DNA from: a virus
Lineage: Duplodnaviria > Caudoviricetes
Reading direction: 5' to 3' (one strand)
DNA length: 64,000 nt
Virus record (IMG/VR): IMGVR_UViG_3300021256_000084
Location: 1-64,000 of that record
The notes beneath the pieces are model-generated. The model was not told the DNA's origin and searched no databases. It worked only from the letters and a program-made list of their open reading frames with translations. The position numbers and the translations under genes are program-made. Shown here in pieces: positions 10,652-20,750 of this stretch (positions within the stretch are counted from its first letter, which is position 1; every line of letters begins with the position of its first letter).

Positions 10652-11077
10652 TTAAGTTGTTTCTGTTACTCTTTTCAAGTTGTTAAAGGTGCAGTCAAGC
10701 TCGACGTTGCAGTAGTAGGTATCGTCGTTGTCAAGCACGGGACGGGAATCGGAAAAGTACTTGTAGTAAGCACCGTCTATGAAAGCTCCGTCTGCTGTGT
10801 CGAACAACGCAACGACTGCCGCTACTATCTGCTCCAGCCGCTTAGTATCGGGCTGTTCCGTCTTGGGCTGTTTGGGGACGTGGACGTTGACGTTTACGGT
10901 GCATACCTGCACTGCGTCGCGGTGGATGAAAGGCAGGTTGTTTACGGCAATATACTCGCCGCTGTAGCCCTTTTCCTTTTCGTACTTGAACACCTTACCC
11001 GCTTTGCTGCCAAAGACAGACGGGGTTGCAGCGTTGATGTACTTTGCGACTGCTGTCACTGCTTGTAGTCCTGTCAT
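10652..11077 (-). CDS. Tail terminator/completion protein
   Basis: 141 aa; synteny. Confidence 0.55.
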   Translation of the reverse strand: MTGLQAVTAVAKYINAATPSVFGSKAGKVFKYEKEKGYSGEYIAVNNLPFIHRDAVQVCTVNVNVHVPKQPKTEQPDTKRLEQIVAAVVALFDTADGAFIDGAYYKYFSDSRPVLDNDDTYYCNVELDCTFNNLKRVTETT

Positions 11078-11535
11078 ACGTCACGTGTCTTTAAGTCCTC
11101 TATTGTTTCCAGCACAATCTGTTTCAGCTCGTTTTGCAGGAAATCGCGTGTCAAGTACAGCACATTGTAGCCCTTGTGTTCTACGTGCTGTGCATAAGAC
11201 ATTCCTGCAACGACAATTATCGTGAAGCCCTTGGGCTGTACGTGCTCGCTCGCATACGCTTCAAAGCGTTCATTGACGCTCTGCTGTGCGTCCGCTTGCA
11301 CCTTTCCCACTGCCTTGACAATCGGCTCGCCGTCGAAGTACAGCGCATAGCTGATACTGTTCTTTAGGTTTGCCGTGCGGTCTTTATATCCTTTGTGAAG
11401 CTTTGCGTGCGTTGCCGCATCCTCGCCCAGCTTCTTTAAGATGTCCGTCAGCTCGTCTATCAGCTCGTCACGTGCCTGTTTCAAGCGTTGCTGCAAAGCT
11501 GCAAGCCCATTGAGACGTAACTGTACTAACGACAT
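11074..11535 (-). CDS. HK97 gp10-like neck protein
   Basis: DRTANLKNSI and GMSYAQHVE motifs; synteny. Confidence 0.7.
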   Translation of the reverse strand: MSLVQLRLNGLAALQQRLKQARDELIDELTDILKKLGEDAATHAKLHKGYKDRTANLKNSISYALYFDGEPIVKAVGKVQADAQQSVNERFEAYASEHVQPKGFTIIVVAGMSYAQHVEHKGYNVLYLTRDFLQNELKQIVLETIEDLKTRDV

Positions 11536-11537
11536 AG

Positions 11538-11876
11538 CTATATCCAGATTTTTAAGTACCGCTGCTTAAGCGTGAGAAAGCCCTGCACTGTTGCTTCCTT
11601 GTCAATCGTTCCGTCCTTTTTCACGAAGCGCACCTGCTGCCCCTCTTTCGGAATGAGCGCGTCGCGGTAGTGCTGCTTCTTTAATGTGGCTACTATTTCG
11701 TACTGATATACATACTCGCTCCCGTCTGCAAGCGTTGTTTTCACAGCCCGCGTGTTGGGTAGGATAATGCACTTGCCGAACTCAACCCATTCAGTCGTTG
11801 GCTCAATAGGGTTCAAGTCCTCGTCATAACCGCCCTCTGTCACTTGCTGCACAAACAGCTTGTCGTCAAACTTCAT
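11538..11876 (-). CDS. Head closure/stopper protein
   Basis: 112 aa; synteny. Confidence 0.5.
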   Translation of the reverse strand: MKFDDKLFVQQVTEGGYDEDLNPIEPTTEWVEFGKCIILPNTRAVKTTLADGSEYVYQYEIVATLKKQHYRDALIPKEGQQVRFVKKDGTIDKEATVQGFLTLKQRYLKIWI

Positions 11877-11900
11877 ACGATATGCTTTACACTGCGAATA

Positions 11901-12248
11901 TTACCACACGGGACAGTACGTAACAACGTTGTCACCGTCGCCGTCAAGCACAAGGTCGGGGTTCACGCCAATGTCCTTGGCAATGCCCTTTATCAAGTCC
12001 TCCACGTCCTTTTTGTACGTGTTGGAAATGCCGCCAATGTTTTCTGCTTGCAGCGTGATAACTTGACGAAGCAGCAGCATAGCAGCAAAGCCGCACGGCT
12101 TCTTCATCGTCGGCGAATAGTCCGTTGACGTGTCAACGCTTTCTTCGCCGCCAAAGCGGTAAAAGGCATCCATAGCAGCCTTATCCACTGCCTCGTCGGA
12201 CAGCGAATAAGGCTCTATGCTTGCTGCTATTGCTTCACGTATTGTCAT
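11901..12248 (-). CDS. Head-tail connector/adaptor
   Basis: 115 aa directly after capsid gene; MTIREAIAASIEPYSL start. Confidence 0.55.
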   Translation of the reverse strand: MTIREAIAASIEPYSLSDEAVDKAAMDAFYRFGGEESVDTSTDYSPTMKKPCGFAAMLLLRQVITLQAENIGGISNTYKKDVEDLIKGIAKDIGVNPDLVLDGDGDNVVTYCPVW

Positions 12249-12277
12249 ACTGTCTTAGCTTGCTGCATTACGTTCCA

Positions 12278-13375
12278 CTACGCCGAAGTCCTGCTCGTGT
12301 CAAGAATAGCGTAGTCCTTCTTGCCCGTGAATACGGGAGTAGCCCACATTTCGTAGTCAACGAAACGGCCCTCGGAAGTACGGTAGTTACCGACAAGGTT
12401 GTCCTCGTAGGTGCTGTACTGCTTGTTGGGCAGGCGGTCGATGGTCTCCACGCCCTCGCTGACCTTAAGGACAGCAACCTTGGGCGCGAACATGAAGCAC
12501 ACGCGGTCGGCGGGAATCATGTTCATGCTGGTGTTGTTAGGCAGCAGCACAAACTTGGGCTTCTCAATCTCGATAGCGGGCAGCTCGATGCTCTCCAGGT
12601 ACTCGTTGAGCGTGTTGAGGGGAACGATGCTCGGCTGTACAGGGTTCACGTCAGCCTTTGACAGCTTCAGCACAAACTTCGTCTGGATTTCCGAAGCCTT
12701 GCACATCTTCACGTAGGTAGCACGCGACATACGGATGCGCAGAATGGGCTTGCCGATAGTCTCGGCATACTCGCATACCTGCTCAATGTCGGCGATAGGA
12801 GTAGCTTCAGCAGTGCCCCATGCGGCAGTCTTTGCGTAGAAACGCTTGATGCCGAGGTCAAGGGCGTAACGGACACCCGACTTGCTGTTATTATCCAGCG
12901 TAACGTCCTGCATGCCGTTGAACAGACCCTCGAAGTAGCTGATGTCAATACGCTTCCAAGGAGCAATGACAGCCTTCTCGTAGGGGTCAAAGAGGAACTT
13001 CACGATCTTGCGGTACTCGGCTACGCGCTGCTCGGGCGTGTAGTTAGCCTGCTTGTCGCGGTAGCGGCGTTCCATGAGGAAGTACTGGTCGAGACGCTCG
13101 TTGTCCATCTGCCACTCGTCAGCCATGCGGACAATCTTACCGTAGAGGTAGCTTGCCTCCGGCATAACGTGCAACGGCTTGTTGGCATTCTTGTCAACAA
13201 CCGAGCCAGCCATTGCAGCGGCATACTCTGCAACGTAAGCTGCATAAGCCTTGCTGGCGCAATACTCCACGTCAAGCTCGGGCTTTGCTACAGACTGGTA
13301 CGTTGAGGTCTTCATGTTTTCCTGAATGAAGGCATCAAATACCTCCTGTTCAGTCAGTTTCTCAATTATTGTCAT
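12278..13375 (-). CDS. Major capsid protein
   Basis: 365 aa; position after decoration and scaffold genes; codon usage consistent with high expression. Confidence 0.8.
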   Translation of the reverse strand: MTIIEKLTEQEVFDAFIQENMKTSTYQSVAKPELDVEYCASKAYAAYVAEYAAAMAGSVVDKNANKPLHVMPEASYLYGKIVRMADEWQMDNERLDQYFLMERRYRDKQANYTPEQRVAEYRKIVKFLFDPYEKAVIAPWKRIDISYFEGLFNGMQDVTLDNNSKSGVRYALDLGIKRFYAKTAAWGTAEATPIADIEQVCEYAETIGKPILRIRMSRATYVKMCKASEIQTKFVLKLSKADVNPVQPSIVPLNTLNEYLESIELPAIEIEKPKFVLLPNNTSMNMIPADRVCFMFAPKVAVLKVSEGVETIDRLPNKQYSTYEDNLVGNYRTSEGRFVDYEMWATPVFTGKKDYAILDTSRTSA

Positions 13376-13412
13376 AACTGTTTTGCGTTTTAGAGTTTAG
13401 AACTGCACACTG

Positions 13413-13982
13413 TTAGGAGTGGGTGGCGTAGTTCAGCGCGAAGTGGTGGCGCGAAGTCAGCTTCTCCTTGATAGTGTCGTTAATCGGGAACGGCAGCGTG
13501 CTCTCGTCAATCTCGTATGCCTGCACGGTGTACGTAACGCTTGGGTACGCATCCATCTTGGTACGGGCATAGTTCAAGCCGAGAATGTTGTCTACGTTGT
13601 CGTCGTTGAGCACAGTGTCCTTTGTCACAGCCTTACCCAGTGCCGTGATAGTCAGAGCGTCATAGTCCGTGTTGGACTTGTCAATAGCGGATATTGTGCT
13701 GCCTGCAATCTTGTCGCCGACCTTAAGGGCATGACCCTTTGCGACGTTGAGCGTGGTAGCGTCCTTTGCAGCGTTTGCGGCTACAGTGGCAGTCTTTACC
13801 AGCACGGCAACGTAGCCAGCGGCAGTCAGCTTGGAAGCAAGCACAACGCCCTTGGGCAGAAACTCCACACCGTCGGGCAGGCAGGTCTTGTCGAAGTTAA
13901 GACCTGCAATGCTGCGGACGCAAGACTTAACGTCCCACATAGCGCCCTGCTGGCTGTCAAATGTCTTAGTTCCTATTTCCAT
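13413..13982 (-). CDS. Head decoration protein
   Basis: 189 aa between scaffold and capsid; LPKGVVLA and HALKVGD motifs. Confidence 0.6.
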   Translation of the reverse strand: MEIGTKTFDSQQGAMWDVKSCVRSIAGLNFDKTCLPDGVEFLPKGVVLASKLTAAGYVAVLVKTATVAANAAKDATTLNVAKGHALKVGDKIAGSTISAIDKSNTDYDALTITALGKAVTKDTVLNDDNVDNILGLNYARTKMDAYPSVTYTVQAYEIDESTLPFPINDTIKEKLTSRHHFALNYATHS

Positions 13983-14012
13983 AGTTGCTTACTTTACTTT
14001 GGTTCTACTTTG

Positions 14013-14729
14013 TTACTTTGCGGCAGGAGCAGCGGGTGCTTCCACCTCGTTCACTTTCTTGAACATATCAATCATAGCCTGGTTCTCGCTTGCAGGCGTT
14101 GCAGGCTGTGGAGCTTCCACGATAGTACCAGTCTTGAACATTTCCTGCTTAAGGGCAGTGTAGTCCGTCTTGATAGTCTGTACAAGCTGTGCAAGGTTTT
14201 CCTCCTTGTCAAGCACGTACTTGTTTCGGAAGCTCGCGGGTACGTCCTTAAGGTCTGCGCTGTTGGCAAGCAGTCCTGCAAGGCGTTCCGTCTCGCGCTG
14301 TTGTGCAAGAGGTGCAAGTCCTTGTGCGATACCCTCCTTGATAAGCTGCGTAATCCGTTCCTCTGTAAGCGGCGCGGGCGCAGGTGTCGGGGTTGGTGCT
14401 GGAGTGGGTGCAGGTGTCGGTGAGGGCGCAGGCGTTGGTGTAGGCGTTGGAGTTGGCGTAGGTGTGGGTGTCGGCGTAGGCGTTGCCTTCGGGTCAATCC
14501 ATCCCTCGTACTTCTTTTCGATTTCACCTTGTTTTCTATTCCCTACTGACTGCATCATTTCAGCGTAAAACTCTGCTGCTTTAACGGCAGCGTTCAGCAC
14601 ATCGTCAGTTGTCTCGTCTGTGAGACCGCCAGCAATGTTGTTTGCAATCTTGTCGAGTTCCTCTGCTTTCAAGCCATACTTCGCGTAAGCAGTCTTGACG
14701 GCAGCAAGCGCCCGTTCTTTAATTGTCAT
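14013..14729 (-). CDS. Capsid scaffolding protein with Pro-Thr/Pro-Ala linker
   Basis: 238 aa helical protein with a (TP)n/(AP)n stretch; first gene of the capsid operon. Confidence 0.65.
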   Translation of the reverse strand: MTIKERALAAVKTAYAKYGLKAEELDKIANNIAGGLTDETTDDVLNAAVKAAEFYAEMMQSVGNRKQGEIEKKYEGWIDPKATPTPTPTPTPTPTPTPTPAPSPTPAPTPAPTPTPAPAPLTEERITQLIKEGIAQGLAPLAQQRETERLAGLLANSADLKDVPASFRNKYVLDKEENLAQLVQTIKTDYTALKQEMFKTGTIVEAPQPATPASENQAMIDMFKKVNEVEAPAAPAAK

Positions 14730-14769
14730 AATGCTACGATTTTTTAGTTTGAAAATGAATTTGTCGCAG

Positions 14770-14777
14770 CAAAGTTA
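14770..14777 (-). promoter_or_regulatory. Bacteroidetes -7 promoter element for the capsid operon
   Basis: TAACTTTG matches TAnnTTTG, about 40 nt upstream of the scaffold ATG. Confidence 0.6.
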
Positions 14778-14853
14778 AGCAAAAGTAAGACGTGTTATTA
14801 GTTTTGTATAGGTTTACGTGTAAACAATGGCACGCTGTTTGTGTAAACAGCAC

Positions 14854-14906
14854 AAAAAAACAGCGCAAAACGTCGTTTGCCGTCGTTTTGGGGGCGTTTT
14901 ACGCTG
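14854..14906 (-). terminator. Terminator after DUF559-like nuclease
   Basis: CAGCGTAAAACG/CGTTTTGCGCTG stem plus T-run on the minus strand. Confidence 0.6.
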
Positions 14907-14936
14907 GAAGCAGTAAGTTGTTCGGGTGAAGTCCTT

Positions 14937-15284
14937 TTAACGCTGTAGGAGCTTTAATTTTGCTTTGATAGCAGTAGCGGAGCGTGCGTCATGGTTGCTT
15001 AAGCGCAACACATGCAGCCCCAGCCGCCACAAGCCCTGACTTCTGTTTGTGTCCTTTCTGTGCTGCTGACGTGTGTTGTGGTAGCCCCCGTCTATTTCCA
15101 CGATGCAGCGACGCGAGGGAATGTAGAGGTCTGCAAAGTACGTGCGCTTTCCCGTCTGTATGGGGTACTGCCGCACAACGTCATAACCCAGCTTCTGCAA
15201 CAGTGCGAAAGCTGCCTTTTCCGCGTCGCTGCTGTTCGCCAGCAGCTCGTTACGCCTTTGTATTATCCACTTTTCCCAGCTCAT
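14937..15284 (-). CDS. DUF559/Vsr-like endonuclease
   Basis: RQY..., ADLY, VEIDGGYH, KD..R, VLRLSN motifs; own TAACTTTG at 15294-15301. Confidence 0.8.
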   Translation of the reverse strand: MSWEKWIIQRRNELLANSSDAEKAAFALLQKLGYDVVRQYPIQTGKRTYFADLYIPSRRCIVEIDGGYHNTRQQHRKDTNRSQGLWRLGLHVLRLSNHDARSATAIKAKLKLLQR

Positions 15285-15370
15285 AAGCAGCTGCAAAGTT
15301 ACGTGTTTGGCAGCGATTTTTAGGCATCGGCGACTTTTTTGTATTTACAGCTGTAGTTTTATTTGTGTCT

Positions 15371-15530
15371 ATACGCGCATATACGCACGCATACGCGCAC
15401 TATCCTAAGTAATTTATTATCAACGTATTATAATTAAATAATAATATATTTATATATATCCTTATCCTTAAGACCTTGCATGGGGCTTAATTGTAACTGC
15501 CTGTAAATCAATAACTAAAAGAGAAGTAAA
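15371..15530. repeat. Degenerate ~160 bp repeat, copy A (copy B at 36805-36958)
   Basis: Shared blocks CGCATACGC, AT-rich tract, CCTTATC, ATGGGGCTTAA, TAACT, TCAA, TAAAAGA..AGTAAA in the same order. Confidence 0.75.
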
Positions 15531-15712
15531 CGCGAAATTTAACGTTTCGCAAAACCCTTTAACGCTAAACACCCGATTCTTTAACACTTAGTTCCGCTTA
15601 CAAAACGCCCTGCTTTTGTGCCGCATTTGTAGCTCAAAAGTGGAAACAAATGTAAACAAAATATAGTTTTGCTTAGTATTTGGGTTAAACAAATTAAAAA
15701 CGCTTACTTTTT

Positions 15713-15806
15713 TATAGTGATTATTAGGTTTATTGCAAAAAACTTAATAACTTTGCCCTTGTAAACGACAAACAACAGTTTAACAACTTAAAAAGAAACG
15801 ACAATG
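15713..15806 (+). promoter_or_regulatory. Promoter/leader cassette 1 (TTAGGTTT-N16-TAACTTTG ... AGTTTAAC ... ACGACAATG)
   Basis: Same architecture at 23317, 29013 and 58648. Confidence 0.8.
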
Positions 15807-16223
15807 TTACAGAGCGAATTTACAACGAGAACAAAAGTACAAGTAAGCGCAGAGGAATACGCGCACATTGAAGCTGTGTACATGGCAAGCGACGTTGACA
15901 AGGATGAGTTTTGCCGCTTGTGGGTGCTGATGAACAAGGAGCGCGTAGCACGCTCAAAGGAAGAAGCGAAGCAGCAGGCAGCGGAGCAGTCAAGGCGCGA
16001 GAGCCTTTGGCGCATTGTTGAACGCTACGACGGCGCTGATTGGGAAACATGCTGCAAGCGTGCCGACGACGTGCTGACCGACAAGCAGAAGCAGCTTGTA
16101 CAAAGTGCAGGCATTGAACTTAGCGAGCTGCATATAGAGCCGTTCTTCGGACACGAAGTAAGAGACTACAAGCAGCTGGGTACGGTAATCTACGAGCTTA
16201 AGAAATACTTAAAAGCAGCATAA
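15804..16223 (+). CDS. Hypothetical protein
   Basis: 139 aa ORF directly after cassette 1. Confidence 0.75.
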   Translation: MLQSEFTTRTKVQVSAEEYAHIEAVYMASDVDKDEFCRLWVLMNKERVARSKEEAKQQAAEQSRRESLWRIVERYDGADWETCCKRADDVLTDKQKQLVQSAGIELSELHIEPFFGHEVRDYKQLGTVIYELKKYLKAA

Positions 16224-16271
16224 CACTAACCCGCAGGGCGGGCACGCCTGCCCTGCACAACAGATACAACT

Positions 16272-16418
16272 ATGTACAAGCATATTTACAACGACTTCAA
16301 GGAAATTATGCGCGACAAGCACGAGCGCAAGGAGTTCATAGGCGGCTTCGCCAGCGTGATAGCAATGTTCGCAATCATGTACTTTTGGCTTTGGATAGCC
16401 TACGCAATACAAGGGTAA
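16272..16418 (+). CDS. Small membrane protein (48 aa)
   Basis: Read manually: MYKHIYNDFKEIMRDKHERKEFIGGFASVIAMFAIMYFWLWIAYAIQG. Confidence 0.6.
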   Translation: MYKHIYNDFKEIMRDKHERKEFIGGFASVIAMFAIMYFWLWIAYAIQG

Positions 16419-16441
16419 TTACACTAAAACAGTACGACGAT

Positions 16442-16756
16442 ATGGAAGTAACGACAACGATGGTTTTGTTCCAGCTTGACAAGGCGCAAGTTGAGACACG
16501 CACGGACAAGGCAGTGCTGCTTGCACTTGTCAGCGACGAGCAGGAAAGCAGCACAGTAAAGGAGTGGGTGCCGCTTTCCAAGATTGAGATTGAGGAAAGC
16601 CGTAGCGACAGCAACAAAGTGGACTGCATCATGCCCAAGTGGCTGTACTACAAAAAGGAAGTGCTGCCGCAGTACACAACGGTAAGGCAGGAGTTCATCG
16701 TAACAAGCTACGCAGACAAGTACGAGCTGCTGGCAGAAGCCTACAGACAACAGTAA
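16442..16756 (+). CDS. Hypothetical protein
   Basis: ATG after ACGACGAT leader; ETRTDKAVLL...EWVPLSKIE. Confidence 0.65.
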   Translation: MEVTTTMVLFQLDKAQVETRTDKAVLLALVSDEQESSTVKEWVPLSKIEIEESRSDSNKVDCIMPKWLYYKKEVLPQYTTVRQEFIVTSYADKYELLAEAYRQQ

Positions 16757-16805
16757 CAACATTTCAGTAACAACTTAGTGTATAACAATTAAAATCGTAA
16801 CGACA

Positions 16806-17792
16806 ATGAAAATCAGTAACACATTTGGCGCACAGCCGCAGGTAATGGAAGCTGCACCCGTAGCAGCAGTACAGGAAGTACGCAACGAAAACCAGTTCTT
16901 TGACTTCGAGAAAGCAAAGGTGCAGACGTTGACGTTGGAACAGCTTAAGCGTACCAACATCGAGAATCGCGGTGATGATCGCAGCAAGCCGCACGGCATC
17001 TACCACTTCGAGCTTATCCAGCAGGTGCTTGACTTAGCAGCACAGCACGGCTACGATGCAGAAGTGTACGACTTGTTTGCAACGAACAACCGGGACAAGC
17101 AGGCAAACGGTGTCTCGCTGTTCCCCGAGCTGGAAGCAAAGTACGGCGAGCGTGCTATTGAAGCACACGCGCTTCGCAGGGTGTACGCCAACGTGCGGCT
17201 TAAGAACTTCGACACGCCCGAGCTGACAACAAACCTTGCTATCAGCTACACGCAGAAAGGCATACAGGTGGGCTTCGGCAGCATGGTTAAGGTGTGCCAC
17301 AATCAGAACATCATGGGCAGCGGACAGTTCGTCAGCGACTACTCAACGGGTGCTTTCCGCTACGCCAAGGGCAGCAAGGAAAAGACGAATCTTGAAGGCA
17401 TTATGCAAACGATTGGCGGCTGGCTGACAAGCGCGGAGCACATCTTCATCACGGAGCAGGAAACAATCGAGCGCATGAAGCACAGCGTGCTGACGGCAGA
17501 GCAGATTTACACAGTGCTGGGCATTCTTGTAACGCTGCGTGTAACCTACGACACGGAGAACAAGAAAATCCGCAACCAGCAGGGCGGTGTGTACCCACTG
17601 AACGGTATGCAGATTAACAAGTTCACGGAGCTGCTGCTGTTGAAGCAGAAGGAGCAGGGAATGATTACTGCCTGGGATTTCTACAACAGCGCAACAGAGC
17701 TGTACAAGCCTACGATAGTTGACCAGAACATGATACTGCCGCAGGTGCAGCGCATGAATCAGTTCATGCAGGAATACGAGCTTTACGTGTAA
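16806..17792 (+). CDS. DUF932-like protein
   Basis: 328 aa; G..VKVCHNQ resembles the DUF932 G.FR.VC.NG motif; family call tentative. Confidence 0.5.
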   Translation: MKISNTFGAQPQVMEAAPVAAVQEVRNENQFFDFEKAKVQTLTLEQLKRTNIENRGDDRSKPHGIYHFELIQQVLDLAAQHGYDAEVYDLFATNNRDKQANGVSLFPELEAKYGERAIEAHALRRVYANVRLKNFDTPELTTNLAISYTQKGIQVGFGSMVKVCHNQNIMGSGQFVSDYSTGAFRYAKGSKEKTNLEGIMQTIGGWLTSAEHIFITEQETIERMKHSVLTAEQIYTVLGILVTLRVTYDTENKKIRNQQGGVYPLNGMQINKFTELLLLKQKEQGMITAWDFYNSATELYKPTIVDQNMILPQVQRMNQFMQEYELYV

Positions 17793-17856
17793 GACAACAG
17801 CAGCGGGCAGCGGGCGTTTTGCGTGCGCTGTCCGCGTTAAAACAGCAGCAAGCGAT

Positions 17857-18155
17857 ATGTATTACAGACAAGGATATAAAACGCGGTACAGCGCAAGACA
17901 GCGCGAAACTACCCCCCCCCCACCTGCCACAAGCCCGCAACGTTGAAGTTCGACGTTATGCTGAAAGAGCGTTGGGTATGCACGATGCAGATGCCGCTTG
18001 GACTACCCGTTGCCTACGACGGCGACAAGCCCGTATTTCAGCTTCAAAAAGGACAGCTGGAGCAATACGTGGAACAGCAGAAGCCCTCGCTTAAGGGCAA
18101 GCCGTGGCACGCAGAGCTTGTAACAAAGGAAACAAAGGATTTGTGGCGGTATTGA
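17857..18155 (+). pseudogene. ORF interrupted at a C10 tract (possible phase-variable gene)
   Basis: ATG 17857 frame stops at 17946; C11 or C8 at 17912-17921 would join it to ORF 17943-18155. Confidence 0.5.
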
Positions 18156-18189
18156 GCCACGTAGTATTAACAATAAAAACAGCAAAAAG

Positions 18190-18579
18190 ATGAGCGACCT
18201 ACAAGGAAGTGTGGATTTGCTTAAGCTGCGCAACGCTTGCGTTGTTACGCTGGGCAAGGAAACAAAGAAAAGATGCGTTGTCATTCCTATCGACGACAAC
18301 GACCTCTATGTGAAATGTGAGGACGGCAGCACCAAGCCCCGTTCCGTGTACTTCGGTATTAACGTATGGGAACGCCAGCAGGCTTCGCAGTACGGGCATA
18401 CCCATTACGTCAAGCAGTCCTTTAGCAAGGCTTTCCGCGAGAGCCATTCCAAAGAGGAACTTGACGCTGCACCTTTCTTAGGTGACATGAAGCCTATCAT
18501 CAGGCAGAACGGAGCAACGCAGTTTGCAGCTCCAGCAGTTGAAATGCCGCAGGAGCAGCAGGACGATTTACCATTCTAA
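18190..18579 (+). CDS. SSB-like protein
   Basis: 129 aa with acidic C-terminal tail ending DDLPF. Confidence 0.55.
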   Translation: MSDLQGSVDLLKLRNACVVTLGKETKKRCVVIPIDDNDLYVKCEDGSTKPRSVYFGINVWERQQASQYGHTHYVKQSFSKAFRESHSKEELDAAPFLGDMKPIIRQNGATQFAAPAVEMPQEQQDDLPF

Positions 18580-18594
18580 ACAACAGTAACGACT

Positions 18595-19071
18595 ATGGCA
18601 ATGAGAACAAGGACAGCGAATTGGTTTGAAACCAAAATCCGCTACGAAAAGACAATGGAGGACGGCTTGCAGAAAAAGGTGTCCGAAAAGTATGTTGTGA
18701 ACGCGCTTTCTCACACAGAAGCGGAAGAGCGTATCATTGAGGAAATGAGCAGCTATATCAGCGGCGAGTTTGATGTCAAGGGTATTGTGCCCGCAAGCTA
18801 CACGGAAATCTTTTTCAGCGACGATGCAAATGCTGACCGCTGGTACAAGGCAAAGCTCCAGTTCATCACGATTGACGAGCACACGGAGAAAGAGAAACGC
18901 AGTAATGCGTACTACCTTGTGCAGGCAGCTACGTTTGACGCTGCTGTCAAGGGCATCCACGAAGTGATGGGCGGCACGATGATTGACTACGTGATAGCCA
19001 GCGTTGCCGAAACGCCTATCATGGACGTGTTCGAGTGCGAGCACAGCGACAAGCCGGAAGTGGAACAGTAA
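18595..19071 (+). CDS. DUF4494 family protein
   Basis: WFETKIRYEKTMEDGLQKKVSEKYVVNALSHTEAEERIIEEM signature. Confidence 0.85.
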   Translation: MAMRTRTANWFETKIRYEKTMEDGLQKKVSEKYVVNALSHTEAEERIIEEMSSYISGEFDVKGIVPASYTEIFFSDDANADRWYKAKLQFITIDEHTEKEKRSNAYYLVQAATFDAAVKGIHEVMGGTMIDYVIASVAETPIMDVFECEHSDKPEVEQ

Positions 19072-19085
19072 ACGCGAATGCAACT

Positions 19086-19283
19086 ATGGGCAATATCAAA
19101 GTATTACGCGAGTTGCAGGAACAGTACACAACGCTGCGCCAAAGCAATGCTGTTGAGAGCATCCAGCTCAACAGCACTGCTGGCGCGGTGCTTATCAGCA
19201 ACAGAAACGTTATCAATACGCTGCTTGACACGCTTATAGCGGAAACGCAAAAGCAGCTGACAGAACAAATAAAGGAGCAATGA
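19086..19283 (+). CDS. Hypothetical protein
   Basis: ORF in tightly packed operon. Confidence 0.6.
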   Translation: MGNIKVLRELQEQYTTLRQSNAVESIQLNSTAGAVLISNRNVINTLLDTLIAETQKQLTEQIKEQ

Positions 19284-19486
19284 CAGCAGTAAAAGTGTTA
19301 TTCAAGCAGTCGGGCAATACGCAGTATTTCAAAAGCTGTGCTGAAATCTACAAGCAGCACAGCAGCAGCGAACTTGGCATTTGCTTGGCTGCACTTTGGA
19401 ACGTACTGTCACCAAAGAAAGGTAATGGCAAGTACGAAAACGGAAAGTGTGTTATAGAGCGCACATCATTCAAAAATTGGCAGTAG
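19280..19486 (+). CDS. Hypothetical protein
   Basis: ATGA overlap with upstream stop. Confidence 0.65.
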   Translation: MTAVKVLFKQSGNTQYFKSCAEIYKQHSSSELGICLAALWNVLSPKKGNGKYENGKCVIERTSFKNWQ

Positions 19487-19489
19487 AGT

Positions 19490-20305
19490 ATGACATCAAC
19501 GACAAAAAAACTGAAAAAATTTGAGCAGCGTGTGCAGCAGGAAGTCAAGAAGCTGCAACGTACTGTGTATGCAAAGCGGTTAGAACATACACGCCTGCGC
19601 GACGCTGCTATGGAGAAGCGCAAGACGGAAACGCCCGAGGAACGGGAGCAGCGCATGACGGCGATTGCAACGTTCTACAGCGTATTCTTCATCAACGACA
19701 TCGTAGGCAGCTTGGTCGTGGATTTAGTTGCAGCAGTACGCAATGACACGGACATTTACCGCTTCACGGAGAAGCACGAAATAGAAATGCTGGAAGGCTC
19801 GCGCACGCTGTACGAGCAGCGCCTTGACAAAGTGGCAAGGAACTACGGATATTATCTGTACGACATGATGGACTACGTTTCGGAAAAGCTGCGTAACGAC
19901 ATCTTCCTGTACCGCAACGCCGTACAGATGCAGTTTATGAAAAACAAACTGCCAAAGTACGAGCTGCTTGCGCTGCTGGAAACAGCACGCTCGCTTGCCT
20001 GGTATGCGTGCCAGCTGTGCGACGCACGCATCAAGTCCATTTCAAAGTACGAGGACTTGGCGTTTGAGTTCCAGCGTTGCCGCATTACGGACATTGAGCA
20101 CAGGCTGACACGCTTTGCAGACAAGATGTACAAGCGTTACTGCCCAAAAGGCATTACTATCAAGCTGTACGAGGATGCAAACGCTGCAAACGGAGTGCAG
20201 ATTATAGCCAACAAGATTGAAAGCGGCAATATGATAGCTGCTGCCATACAGTTTGCGGACGGCAATGCAGCAAACAACAAAAACAAGCAGGAGGACGAAC
20301 AATGA
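19490..20305 (+). CDS. Hypothetical helical protein
   Basis: 271 aa ORF with genome-typical codon usage. Confidence 0.75.
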   Translation: MTSTTKKLKKFEQRVQQEVKKLQRTVYAKRLEHTRLRDAAMEKRKTETPEEREQRMTAIATFYSVFFINDIVGSLVVDLVAAVRNDTDIYRFTEKHEIEMLEGSRTLYEQRLDKVARNYGYYLYDMMDYVSEKLRNDIFLYRNAVQMQFMKNKLPKYELLALLETARSLAWYACQLCDARIKSISKYEDLAFEFQRCRITDIEHRLTRFADKMYKRYCPKGITIKLYEDANAANGVQIIANKIESGNMIAAAIQFADGNAANNKNKQEDEQ

Positions 20306-20739
20306 GCAAAGTAAACCACAATGATCTGCGCGAGCGTGCTGCCATAGCTGCCATGCAAGGGCTGATAACGACAATGAGCAACACGCAGATTCTACAGACA
20401 ATCTACAGCAAGGCAGCACAGGACGGCATAGACACGGAAGCGTGGGTGGCAAAGACGGCTGCTGAATATGCGGACGAGCTTGTGAACGCGCTGTACCCAG
20501 AGCAGCAGGAAAAGCAGCAGCAGGAAGAAGAAATTCGTGAGATAGCCGTCGGCGAGGAACGCGAGATTAACGGCTGCAAGTACCGCTGCGTAGTAGCGGA
20601 CGGCAGGGATTGCGAATGCTGCGCACTCAACGACGGCAGCGGCAATGCCGAATGCCAGCGTCCCGCTGGGTTTGGCTACTGTGCTGCTTGTTACCGCAAG
20701 GACGGAACAGATGTAATCTTTGAAAAAGTAACCCAATAA
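20302..20739 (+). CDS. Hypothetical protein with Cys-rich C-terminus
   Basis: LRERAAIAAMQGL N-terminus; CECC..C..C..C cluster. Confidence 0.7.
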   Translation: MSKVNHNDLRERAAIAAMQGLITTMSNTQILQTIYSKAAQDGIDTEAWVAKTAAEYADELVNALYPEQQEKQQQEEEIREIAVGEEREINGCKYRCVVADGRDCECCALNDGSGNAECQRPAGFGYCAACYRKDGTDVIFEKVTQ

Positions 20740-20750
20740 CAAACAACAGT

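Noticed and set aside
12278-13982. Different codon usage in the capsid and decoration genes as a sign of recent transfer
   Set aside because: More simply explained by selection for high expression
14380-14490. Pro-Thr/Pro-Ala repeat in the scaffold gene as a DNA tandem repeat or CRISPR-like array
   Set aside because: Codons vary between units and there are no repeat-spacer units; it is a low-complexity protein linker
472-14568. Long plus-strand ORFs opposite the structural genes (e.g. 8468-9505, 10028-11068, 13419-14423)
   Set aside because: Antisense shadows of strongly codon-biased genes; no motifs or start context
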